A stretch of 63,443 bases of DNA, the filler included, from Craspedostauros australis (taxonomy: Eukaryota): assembly GCA_030167865.1 (NCBI GenBank). It is 12 parts of 12 records of this genome, joined end to end, with 100 filler letters (N's around TTAATTAATTAA, not from the genome) between each part and the next. Parts side by side here need not be neighbours in the genome. Positions count along the whole stretch, not along the records: positions 1 to 4,258 come from JALAGF010006217.1; positions 4,359 to 6,386 come from JALAGF010006218.1; positions 6,487 to 9,930 come from JALAGF010006219.1; positions 10,031 to 15,249 come from JALAGF010006220.1; 8 more parts are not named here. One strand, written 5' to 3'. Position numbers and translations under genes: made by a program. This document shows, piece after piece, positions 1-11,396 of this stretch. Position 1 is the stretch's first letter. Each line of letters starts with the position of its first letter. The notes beneath the pieces were generated by a model. The model searched no databases. It had not been told where the DNA came from and saw only the letters and a list, made by a program, of their open reading frames with translations.

Positions 1-3000
1 ATAACAACACTCATCCTCACCCCAACAACGATCTGATCACTCTACGTTTCGGTGCGGAATCCCATCCTTGATTTCGTTCTAACACATCATACTTGTACCA
101 GGCCGGGTCCATGCTTTTCACAGCATCCCATGTGGGCTTGCACGATACACGAATAGATGGCGTTGTCCATCCCTCCATCCATCCAACCATCCAACCATCA
201 GCAGGCAAGCAGGTGGCCACAAGAGACAACATGGCCATCATGATGACTGCATCCAAAGCCTCCAGCCACCAACATCCTTGGAACATGCACAGACATCAGA
301 ACAGTGGAGGTTACTGGAGAAGAACCAAGAGGATTGATTAGCAGCAGTAGCAGCATCATCTCATCTACTCCTGTTGTGAAGAGCATGCCAAGACATCAAT
401 CATGCGCCCTTTTGTGCAGTCTGTACAAAACTGGAGAGAGTTGCTGGCTATTGTGCCATTGGTGTCAACAGAANNNNNNNNNNNNNNNNNNNNNNNNNNN
501 NNNNNNNNNNNNNNNNNNNNNNNNNNNNNNNNNNNNNNNNNNNNNNNNNNNNNNNNNNNNNNNNNNNNNNNNNNNNNNNNNNNNNNNNNNNNNNNCAACT
601 CCAGCAGCAGTGGAACGGGAACAAGAAGAGGAGGCAGGAGGCATTGTGCAAGGTTCCTTGCAGCCACACCTCCTCATTCTGCCACCATTATTACAGCAGT
701 GGCCAGTGGCCATGCACAATGTACGCTCAGGACACCAGATGTCAAAACAAGGTATAATACTCCTGCAACTGGTGATATCATCGTGATTCCAACAACCACA
801 AGGAANNNNNNNNNNNNNNNNNNNNNNNNNNNNNNNNNNNNNNNNNNNNNNNNNNAAGACATCAATCATGCGCCCTTTTGTGCAGTCTGTACAAAACTGG
901 AGAGAGTTGCTGGCTATTGTGCCATTGGTGTCAACAGAATACAGGTTCCAGCATAAACTGTGTGCCTTTAGTGGTACAAATCCTGATATCTTCGGCTGCA
1001 CCAGGATCCTCGATTACATCAGGATCAGCAGTACCAATTCGATCCGCAACAGAGGGCGTGCCAACTCCAGCAGCAGTGGAACGGGAACAAGAAGAGGAGG
1101 CAGGAGGCATTGTGCAAGGTTCCTTGCAGCCACACCTCCTCATTCTGCCACCATTATTACAGCAGTGGCCAGTGGCCATGCACAATGTACGCTCAGGACA
1201 CCAGATGTCAAAACAAGGTATAATACTCCTGCAACTGGTGATATCATCGTGATTCCAACAACCACAAGGAAGGAGTGCCAATCGAAACGGCTTTGAACTG
1301 GCTTGCAACACCAAGTTGGCTGGATTTGAGCGAACTGGGTCCCAGCCTCCACAGCCAACATGGTTGTGACCTTGTGACCATGGCAAGAGCTCACTGCCAA
1401 TTGGATTCTCCCCCATGTACAACCTTTGAAATTGGTCCATGGGCAATCAGAACATTGGCACTGTCCGCGATGCTCATTGGCATATGTCGGTAGAATTTTC
1501 CACAAGGTTGTGGCAGGGAACGAATGCAGACGCCTATCATTGCCAAAGAGGCGATTTCCTTGAACAGCGACTTGTGCAATGACTTTCCGTCCCAGGTGCA
1601 CAATGATAAACTATCAGGGACAGTGTTATTCCATTCCACACAGACCCCTGGTGATGCCATCTTCCATGTGAACTGCCAGGATGCATCAGCTCACATCTTC
1701 CCTGCTGATCCCAACCTCAATGGTAGCAGCATGGAAGATGAATTCGAATCCTCCCTCCTTTGACCCTTGTTCAGCACCATCTTCAAAGCACCAAGCCTAA
1801 CAAGCCTATCCTCTTTGAACTTATTCTCCTTCCAGATGAAGCAGCCTCGGCTCAGCAACAACAATCAACACAGAGAGAATTCCCAAAATGTTACATACCA
1901 TCTCGAAGGATCCGGACGGGTCATCTGTGGTTGTGTTCATGAGTCCAGCAAGACCATCCACACACATGTGCGAGAGCATCCGAACACCTCTGTCCACCTC
2001 TAAGAGTCAGAACAGCCTGTGGAGGAGCTGTGTTGTCTTGTTATTGTACACAGCGAAATCACACGAATCCGTCAAGAGAGATCAAGTCTTTCAGGAAGGT
2101 GGTGATGAGCTGGTGTAGCAAAGGTACTGATTGGGTAGAGTGACTTCTGAATCTATGTTATCTTCATTGAGCTAGTTGTATCTCATGTTGCTGCATTCAA
2201 GGACAGCTCTTGGTCATGCATCTTTGCCATCTTGTTCTGATGTGGAGATGACCCATGATGTGGCAATGACGTCTCCTGTATCGACGTCACTCATCACCAT
2301 TCCATGGCTCTGTTGATTCCACATTCCATGATGAATCTTGAGGTCGTTGAAGGTGGTGTCACTTCAGGTTTAGTTGGGAAGTAGATCATGGTAAACTTGG
2401 CGTCACATGATTGCTGGGTGGTGGCCAGACCGAATCTCTGATGTTCTCTAGTGTGTTCCCTATGCCAATAATCATGTGTCTGGAGGAAAAGACGTTTCAG
2501 CACATACCAGGACGGACTAATCAGAAAATGTATCAGGTGAATAAAGCAGTGTGCTAATAAGCTGAAAGCAAAGATCATGAAGAACGTGGAAGAGGAAGTG
2601 GGGACAAGAAAAGCACAGGCAGTAGCCCACGAAGAAAGCACAGGCAATGCCCCCAAGGATGCGGATGAACACATGGGGCCAAGGTAGTTGGTGTAAGCGC
2701 ACCGAACGGAAATGAAGGCTCTCATGATTGACTGGCCATCCTCCAAGCGAATACGGCGAGATTTGCAACTGCTGTTCGAGTCTATCCTTGCATCAGTCAT
2801 TGTGAATCCCTCCATCTCTATTAAACTCTGACCCCACCTCATCAGGAGAACAAAGCTCAAGCACCAGCTGTGGTGTCCATTGCACGAGGAGTTCGCCACA
2901 GTGATAGACAGCTGAAAGAAGATGCAGTACAACCGACACGAGAGTTGAGGAAAACACATCACAACCGAGCTCATTCGCATATGTGTGGTGGCCAGATTGC

Positions 3001-4558
3001 TGATGCGAATCTGCGCGTCAGGCTTCATGCCCAACCTGCATCATTTGAGAATGGAACACGTCGAATGCGCCATGACGAGGGCAATGGCAACAGTGAAATG
3101 GTATGTCATGAGCACGGTCGTGGTTCATTGCTGATGGCCTCTGCACCATCAGAATCGATTCTTTTGGCTCACGATTGTCATCAGTCAATCCGTTCAAATA
3201 CTTGGCAGAAACTTGGCGACGGTCACATGCAACGAGCAACAATCATACCACGAGAGCGCTTTGGCTGCCCAGGGTATCCGTGTTGGCAGCATTGAACGAC
3301 TAGAATAGGTGAGATGTGTTGCAATGCAGGCTACGAGCATGAGGAGGAGGCAACAATGCATGGGACTAGCGATGCGCTGCATCTATATGTCTGCATGGAA
3401 TGTGCCCAGGTTGCGAGAGCTTGGCTGTTGGCGACTGGGCAAAGATTCTGCCTCTAAACACGTGCCAATGGCAGTGTTTTAGTGCATCCAGCGATCAGCA
3501 TTCGGTACAGTCGTGGAAACAGTCCTGTCAGGCTCTGCATACACCAGAATATGCAGCAGCGACATACACAAGTCGGTTGCCACGTAGTTGGAGCTTGGGC
3601 CTTGGCCATATTATGCCTTCCTACTCTGGCCATGCGCACATATCCCAGATGGTATATACTAGGCTTGAGATGTATGCCAGCTTCGTGTCAGGGTGCGCCT
3701 GACAATGGAAAGAAGTGAGGAGAAGATATTGGAAGAGGAGAGATGACTGCTCACATACCCTGTCATGTGGGGTCAATTGATGTTGGAATACGCCGATCGC
3801 GAGATCGGTTGCCTTGTGCAGACATTGCTTCTACAGGTCAGTCGTCCACATGCGCAAGGCGACACCGGAAGAGGGTCGAGGGGACGATTGCGAAAAGCAT
3901 GCAGAAGATGGGGNGCCCTGCACCAGGTAAGTGCATCAGTGATGGCATTGTGCGTGTATGGGAACATTGCATTTGTGGCTCAGACTCTGACATCACATGG
4001 TGCGTATTGCGTTGGAGTTGTTCTTCATCTCTGTTGCATGGCATGCATCATGCTATACTGCTGTGTGCGAACCCTCAACACTTGGACCATCCAGCAACTT
4101 TCATGTCATTAAATACTACTATCACCATCATCATTGTCCGCTGCAATCGAGTCGAGCATTAAGCTCGTACCTTCGCCGTCGGTCACAAAGCATGGAAAGA
4201 ATGAAAATCAAATGGATACTCATGCTAGGCCAGATGCCAGGGGCAACACCGATCTGATNNNNNNNNNNNNNNNNNNNNNNNNNNNNNNNNNNNNNNNNNN
4301 NNTTAATTAATTAANNNNNNNNNNNNNNNNNNNNNNNNNNNNNNNNNNNNNNNNNNNNGATACAATCGCAATACAAACCGATGCACGCATGTGTTACTTC
4401 CTACGTCGCTTTAGACCAGTGTGATGGCATGCTCGTTTCGTCTGTTCTGCATTTGTCTTTGCAGCGTCAGTGAAGGTGTCTCCCTGTTCGAAGAGTAGTC
4501 GCATTGTGTTTCTCTGTGCATTGCTCACAAATCTTGCCGTCCACAAGAAGCCATCGCC

Positions 4559-5173
4559 ATGAGATTCCCCCCGCCCCACGCTTCCTCCTTCCAACAAAGC
4601 AAGGCTGCTGGCACAAGCAGCAGCAATGCCATTCCAATGGCTCCATCTCCCTCCTCCTCTTCCATTCTGCCTTGCAACAACTTCCTCGGCCACACCCCAG
4701 CAACCGCAACTGTCAGCCATCGCGCATCGCTCACCCCCACCCAGCACAACAGCAACCTCAACTTTGGCAATCGTCCGGCTCCTATCAACACGCATGCCAA
4801 GTTCAACAACGCGATGAAGGCGATTAGCCCTGCTTTCTTTGGTCTCCCTCATGGCCACTTTTTCGACCTGAAAAGGGGACACTTCAAGAGCGAAGAGGAC
4901 AACAACGCCGAGCTCTCATTTCGCGCTGCTATTGCAGCGATTGACAAGCTGGTCAACATGAAATCGCTCATTGTGTTCTATCTTGATGGCTGCCTCTCAG
5001 GCATCTGTTTCATGTGCAGCCACATCTCATGGTTGTTGGCATACACTGCATTCCTGTTGTTCGTGCACCTCATCGTCGTCGCAAAAACTCTCGTGTTCGC
5101 AGTGTCCTCGGTGTGGGGGATGGCCAACACAGCGAAACTCACAACAACGAACAACCACAACGCGAGCAATTGA
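4559..5173 (+). CDS. Hypothetical protein, low-complexity N-terminus and hydrophobic C-terminal segment
   Basis: 204-aa ORF convergent with 5298-5825; no recognisable motif. Confidence 0.25.
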   Translation: MRFPPPHASSFQQSKAAGTSSSNAIPMAPSPSSSSILPCNNFLGHTPATATVSHRASLTPTQHNSNLNFGNRPAPINTHAKFNNAMKAISPAFFGLPHGHFFDLKRGHFKSEEDNNAELSFRAAIAAIDKLVNMKSLIVFYLDGCLSGICFMCSHISWLLAYTAFLLFVHLIVVAKTLVFAVSSVWGMANTAKLTTTNNHNASN

Positions 5174-5297
5174 CGCAACCACCACAACAACGAGCGGAAA
5201 TTCCAGTCGTGGATACATCGAAGAATCACACAAGTCTAATAACACTAGGAAGAGTCTAATTATTGAAGAACTACTATTGCCTACTAGTCAGTGTTTA

Positions 5298-5825
5298 TCA
5301 TTTGTTGGTCATCGATTGTGCTTGCTTGCGCTTGATTGCGAGATGATTCTTGAACTTATGCAGCTTGACTTGCTGGTAGATGTGCTGCTTGAACTGTTTT
5401 GCACCGAAATTAGCATACTCTGGCCGACTTGCCTGGAATTCAGATGGTGTCATGTGGAGGTGCTTGTTCATTTTGACATCAAAGGAAAGGAGATCTTTTG
5501 CAGGGGACAAGTGCATCACTGGTCTGCCTTGGTTGTTGCGCCGTTTCTCAGGGTGAATGTGGCGATCGTGGTCCAATGCGCGCTCTTCGCGCGCAGAGCG
5601 TTCTCGCTGTTTGTCGAGTCGTGCGCGGAACGTTTTGAAGTATTTCTCGAAGACGGCCTGCGTCATCCCGTCCACTTTGAATTGCGGAAACATGCTGTAG
5701 TACTCCCATGCTGTAGCAGGTGCCAAATCCTCGGCATGGAATACACCTCCAACGTCAAAGTCATCTTTCATCATTGCGCTGGCTGCGCTGTTGCGCCACT
5801 TGAACTTTGGTGCATTTGCCGCCAT
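5298..5825 (-). CDS. Conserved hypothetical protein with an internally duplicated helical motif (resembles a diatom multi-copy family)
   Basis: 175 aa; two similar halves (KWRNSAASAMMKDD...P...YYSMFPQF and HLSPAKDLLSFD...TPSEFQASRPEYANF...FKQHIYQ) joined by ALDHDRHIHP. Confidence 0.6.
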   Translation of the reverse strand: MAANAPKFKWRNSAASAMMKDDFDVGGVFHAEDLAPATAWEYYSMFPQFKVDGMTQAVFEKYFKTFRARLDKQRERSAREERALDHDRHIHPEKRRNNQGRPVMHLSPAKDLLSFDVKMNKHLHMTPSEFQASRPEYANFGAKQFKQHIYQQVKLHKFKNHLAIKRKQAQSMTNK

Positions 5826-6486
5826 TGTTTCAATTGTGTGCCAACGATGATGATGGCAGCTTCTCTACTACTCAGCGTACACATCAAGAACGGCACGAGA
5901 AATGAACACACTCATACACCCCGCCTTATATCTACTAGTACTGTCATTGCTTTCGCACGCTGGGCTGGTTGCTGCAGTTGTTGTTCGTTGAAATAGTTCC
6001 CACAGGCCTCTTCTGCTACACAAATCAGCATAGAACGGCCGGCTGGCGATGTTGTGACCGTTTTTACCGAGTCGTGTTTGAATTTCGTGCCGGACAGGCT
6101 ACAAACTAGAGGCTCACATGGTGCAACGTAGTGCGCACAACGTTCGAAAATGCAAGAGCTCTTCGCAAGCATCGGCACAGAATCAACCGCAATGTGTGCA
6201 ACAAAGCAAGGCATCTATCTACATACTATGCATCTGATTGTAGCATCATTGCTCTCTCCAGACTTTGCGGCTGCAGACAATTTGTATGTTGGCGCGCATC
6301 CATGCTTGAGACCGCGCTGATCATTCGTACGCCGCCAAACATCTGAAAGAGAAACAGACCGAGCTGCTCAATGGAGTAAGACAATGNNNNNNNNNNNNNN
6401 NNNNNNNNNNNNNNNNNNNNNNNNNNNNNNTTAATTAATTAANNNNNNNNNNNNNNNNNNNNNNNNNNNNNNNNNNNNNNNNNNNN

Positions 6487-9400
6487 GGTTTCGTGACTGG
6501 CGTGCAGATGCATGCAGTCAAGCCACGCACAGACATCACGGCTGCGGCCGTCACATCGGATCCACCGAAGAGCATCAACGCATCCACACTCCATCGCATG
6601 TTGGGACACGCCCCACTGGAAGCAATGCAACGGACCGCATCGCATCACGGATGGAACATCATCGGCACCATGCCGCCATGCAAGCACTGTGCCATCGCCA
6701 ACGCACGAGTGAAGAACGTCCCGAAGGCGACCATCGCAAGAGCATCGCGACGATGTGAGCGATTCTTCATCGACATCAGCTACACAAAGCACACGAGCTT
6801 CGGAAACAAGCGGTACTGGGTGTTGATCGTAGACGACCACACAGATTACTGCTGGAGCATCTTCCTCACCAACAAGGGTGACCAACCAGCCTTCCTGAAG
6901 CGATTCCTTCAGAAGATCCGTATACACACGGACGGCAAGCCAATCATCTTCCGTGGCGACAACAGCGGAGAGAACAAGGCATCCGAGGTCCATCTGCTCG
7001 AAGCCGGATTCGACGTCTCATTCGAATATACGGCATCCAACACACCACAGCAGAACGGCAGAGTGGAGCGCAAGTTCGCATACTTGTACACGAAGATGCG
7101 ATCCATGCTGAACGGCGCCCAGCTCAACGAGGAGCACAGACATGGACTATGGGCTGCAGCAGCCAACGTCGCGACCGCGGTCGCCAACATCACTGTGGCG
7201 AAGGGACAGACCAAATCGCCACACAACCTGTTCTTCGGAGAGGATCCGAAGTATGCAAGCGGACTCCGTACCTTCGGCGAAGTCGGAGTCGTCAAGACGG
7301 CCTATGGAGGCATGACAGCGAAACTCCAGAACAGAGGCGAGGCGATGTTGTTCGTCGGATATGCTCCACAGCATGGATCCGGCGTCTATAACATGTACCG
7401 TCCATCCACCAAGTCCATCGTCTGCACCAGAGACGTGAAGTGGCTCAACAGATCATACGGGCACTTCAAGGGTTGGACCTACGGCTCGGACGATGGGAAG
7501 CCGGAAGGGAGTCAGATCGTCGCAACCGATGCCGAGCACCCAACGGAGACTGACGATGACGGATTCATCCTGGTCGGAAGGGAAGGGATAGCGCCGTCCC
7601 ACACAGCTCGAACCAAGCCAAAGCGACGCTCTGTGTCATTCGCCGACGCGAATTCCTACCACGTCCTCTCAGATGACGACGATGAGGACGATGACGACAC
7701 CAACAACAACACGAGTGCGAAGGAGGACTCACCAGGTCTCGCGAGCGAGACGNNNNNNNNNNNNNNNNNNNNNNNNNNNNNNNNNNNNNNNNNNNNNNNN
7801 NNNNNNNNNNNNNNNNNNNACACAGTGACCGACATTGAAGATGTCGCCCCACCGAGTGTCCCGCCAAGCATCCTCCGCACTCCGCCAACATCACGCAAGC
7901 GTTCGCACGAAGCGAACGACGATTCGAAAACTAGTCGCAAAACGACAGCTGATCCCCCACGACGACCAAGCAAGCGCGATATCACTCGCAGCGAGCGACA
8001 ACAGCGATACATCGAGCGAAGCAAGCATCAAGCAAAAACGAATGCGAAGTCGCGTGCGTCGCTGCCATCCAACGTGAAAGGAAAGAGCGAATTGCGCAAC
8101 CTTGCAAACTACAACAAGCCGGGGAAGAAAGAGAAGCGCGAAGGCAAGCGGTTCACTACCAACCTATCCGTCTTCAATAGGGGAAGCGACACCGACGACG
8201 ACAAGAGCAATACAGACAACGATCAGGACAACAGCGAGGAGACCAACGACGATGACGAAACCAATAACGACACCACCGACGAGAACGAGGAGAACGACGA
8301 AGCTACAGACGACGAAGACAGCGACTCTCCTCCATCGGACATCACCAACACAGTCACAGATGCTCTATTCGGTAACAACGCAATCAGCACCGACGACTTC
8401 AAGACAGAGATCTGCGCAACCACCCAAGATGAGACAGGAGAAACATCGACGCACATCGAGCCATCAACCTTCGACCAAGCATTCCACCATCCGAATGCAA
8501 CACACCGTAAGGGCTACAGAGCTGCCATTGCAAAGGAGTTCAGTTCGATGGATGCTCGATCCGTCTACAGCAAGATCAAGCGCTCATCCATTCCGAGAGA
8601 CCGCAGATGCTGCAAGTGCAAATGGGTGTTTAAATTAAAGCGCAATGGAACCTATCGAGCGCGTCTGGTGGCGTGTGGCTACTCACAGATCGCAGGAGTG
8701 GACTACCAAGAGCACCACTCGCCGGTCATCCATGACGTCACGTACCGTGTGATGATGGTGATCATGATGCTGCAGAAGATGGACTGCGCACTCGTGGACG
8801 TCGTCACGGCATTCTTGTACGGCGANCTCGAAGAAGAGGTGTACATGAATTGTCCAAGCGGAATGGACAGCACACCTGATGAGGCGCTGCTGCTACACAA
8901 GCCAATCTACGGGCTGGTCCAGAGCGCACGCCAGTGGTACAAGATGCTAGTGTCAACACTGAAGGGAATGCGATTCGACCAGAGCGCAGCGGATCCGTGT
9001 CTCTTCCATCGCAAGACGAAGAACGAAACAGTCATCGTGGCGATCTACGTTGACGACTGCTTCTGCTGCGGANNNNNNNNNNNNNNNNNNNNNNNNNNNN
9101 NNNNNNNNNNNNNNNNNNNNNNCAGCACACCGGATGAAGCGCTGCTGCTACACAAGCCAATCTACGGGCTGGTCCAGAGCGCACGCCAGTGGTACAAGAT
9201 GCTGGTATCAACGCTGAAGGGAATGCGATTCGACCAGAGCGCGGCGGATCCGTGTCTCTTCCATCGCAAGACAAAGAACGAAACAGTCATCGTGGCGATC
9301 TACGTTGACGACTGCTTCTGCTGCGGACATCAGAAGGCACTCGAGCAGTTCATGATCGACATCCAGAAGAGCAAGTTCAAGGTCACCATCGAGAAGGGTT

Positions 9401-9930
9401 TGGGTGACTACCTCAGCTGCAACATCCAGCTCAACGCAGACAAGACGAGAGCTGTCCTACGCCAGCCACATCTGATCCGAAACCTAATCACCGAGTTTGG
9501 TGCAGAGGTGGAGAAGATACAGCGCTACGCGACGCCAGGGACGCCAAGCCAGAGCATCGTTCGCCCATCTGAAGAGAACGGATTGCAGAAGGTAGATGCA
9601 GCAGAGCATGCTGACTATCGCAAGGGAGTGGGAATGCTTCTNTTCNTNATNAAGCATTCGCGTCCCGACATCGCCAATCCTGTCAGAGAGCTGACGAAGG
9701 TACTCGANGGACCNANCAAGGCTGCAACNAAGGAGATGCGGCGTATCATCAAATACGTCATCGACACGAAGCACTACGGTCTGAAGATCCATCCCGTCAT
9801 GACAGACAGCAGCGCATGGAACATGGAGATGTTCTGCGACAGCGAGTACGCCGGAGACAAGGACACTCGCATCAGTGTCGGCGGATTCATTCTCTACCTC
9901 TGTCAAGTCCCTATCCTCTGGCGATCCAAG
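6487..9930 (+). mobile_element. Ty1/copia (CoDi-like) family A pol fragment: integrase, long spacer, RT, start of RNase H
   Basis: HRMLGH...CKHC zinc finger; FFIDIS, RGDNSGEN, TPQQNGRVERKF integrase core; KCKWVFKLK, RARLVACGYSQ, IYVDDC RT motifs; FCDSEYAGD RNase H start; copia domain order. Confidence 0.97.
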
Positions 9931-10030
9931 NNNNNNNNNNNNNNNNNNNNNNNNNNNNNNNNNNNNNNNNNNNNTTAATTAATTAANNNNNNNNNNNNNN
10001 NNNNNNNNNNNNNNNNNNNNNNNNNNNNNN

Positions 10031-10514
10031 CTGGGACATGGAGCTCTTCTGCGATAGCGAATATGCAGGAGACAAGAACACGAGAATCAGCGTAGGAGGG
10101 TTCATCCTATATCTATGCAAGGTACCAATCCTTTGGCGATCCAAAGCACAGAAGGCCATCACACTCAGCTCATCCGAAGCAGAATACGTTGTGCTTTCCA
10201 AAGCGGCAAAGGAAATCTTTTTCGTCGTGCAGCTACTCGAAAGTGTGGACGTCCCAGTGAAGACACCGATCAAGGTCCGCGTGGACAACATCGGGGCGAT
10301 CTTCATCGCCAAGAACCCATCGACATCCCAACAATCGCGACACATCGACGTGCGCCATCACTACGTGAGGAACATGGTAATCAACAAAACCATCGAAATC
10401 ATTTTCGTCAAATCCGAGCANAACACAAGCNACGGNTTCACCAAGAACATCAAGGCCGACTTACAACGCGAACATGAGAAGTCGTACCTTGACACATCGA
10501 GAACATTCGAATGA
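10031..10514 (+). mobile_element. Copia family A RNase H C-terminus
   Basis: FCDSEYAGD, ITLSSSEAEYV, VDNIGAIF, SRHIDVRHHYVR motifs; stop at 10514. Confidence 0.95.
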
Positions 10515-10534
10515 CCGAATGCACACAGGAAGGG

Positions 10535-11396
10535 TGTCGAGTTGTACATGTGAGTATACGTCAAGATGTACGTGTATATGTGCATCGTTCACCCGTTATT
10601 CTCTCATACACACTTGGACGGTATAANNNNNNNNNNNNNNNNNNNNNNNNNNNNNNNNNNNNNNNNNNNNNNNNNNNNNNNNNNNNNNNNNNNNNNNNNN
10701 NNNNNNNNNNNNNNNNNNNNNNNNNNNNNNNNNNNNNNNNNNNNNNNNNNNNNNNNNNNNNNNNNNNNNNNNNNNNNNNNNNNNNNNNNNNNNNNNNNNN
10801 NNNNNNNNNNNNNNNNNNNNNNNNNNNNNNNNNNNNNNNNNNNNNNNNNNNNNNNNNNNNNNNNNNNNNNNNNNNNNNNNNNNNNNNNNNNNNNNNNGAC
10901 CACTGCATCACCAATGGAACGTGACATCTGGAGAGCAGAAGGACACCTACTGACGTCGACAGGATGTCAACATGTCACCACATCGACAGCTGTCTCCAAG
11001 TCAGAGCAGGAGGCGAAGATACGATGACCCATGANNNNNNNNNNNNNNNNNNNNNNNNNNNNNNNNNNNNNNNNNNNNNNNNNNNNNNNNNNNNNNNNNN
11101 NNNNNNNNNNNNGAATGCGGAGCACGCATCGAACACGGAGTATCGTGTAGCACGAGCACACGATGGTGAGAGAGAGAGAGAGAGAATACAGAGAGGAGCG
11201 AGAGAGCATCTCGCGTACCGACTCATAGTCGAAGATTGAATCTACGAAACAGATTGAAGCGCCGAGAGCATCGGGCAAGAGAACAGGCGTACACCGAGAG
11301 CATCTGAGTAGCCAACTAATGAAATAGCAAACGAACGACTATCAACCACCACCATCTTCCACGATCGTAGGTTACCGTGAGCGGAACTTGCCAACA
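10535..11396 (+). repeat. Family A 3' LTR preceded by polypurine tract AGGAAGGG (10527-10534)
   Basis: Begins TGTCGAG directly after the PPT, ends GCCAACA; homologous to 28875-29659, 39165-39934 and 49546-50928(-). Confidence 0.92.

Noticed and set aside
388..1274. Near-exact duplications flanking N gaps (also 19325-19845, 36726-37360, 41077-41980, 55264-56093, 62258-62367)
   Set aside because: Always abut gaps and are essentially identical, so they are unmerged contig overlaps rather than real tandem repeats.
1..4258. Many short ORFs on both strands
   Set aside because: TG/CA-rich sequence broken by stops with no motif I recognise; probably a decayed repeat, so no call is supported.
4259..4359. 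Recurring TTAATTAATTAA inside ~100-bp N blocks (11 times)
   Set aside because: Artificial six-frame-stop scaffold linker; not biological, and it breaks synteny.
4971..5996. Long antisense or alternative-frame ORFs (also 16327-17780, 26126-27043, 41498-42592)
   Set aside because: Shadows of real ORFs or repeats on the opposite strand.
11377..11396. Apparent start of the 1029-aa ORF, suggesting an LTR-LINE fusion gene
   Set aside because: The first codons lie within the Copia LTR; this is an insertion junction.
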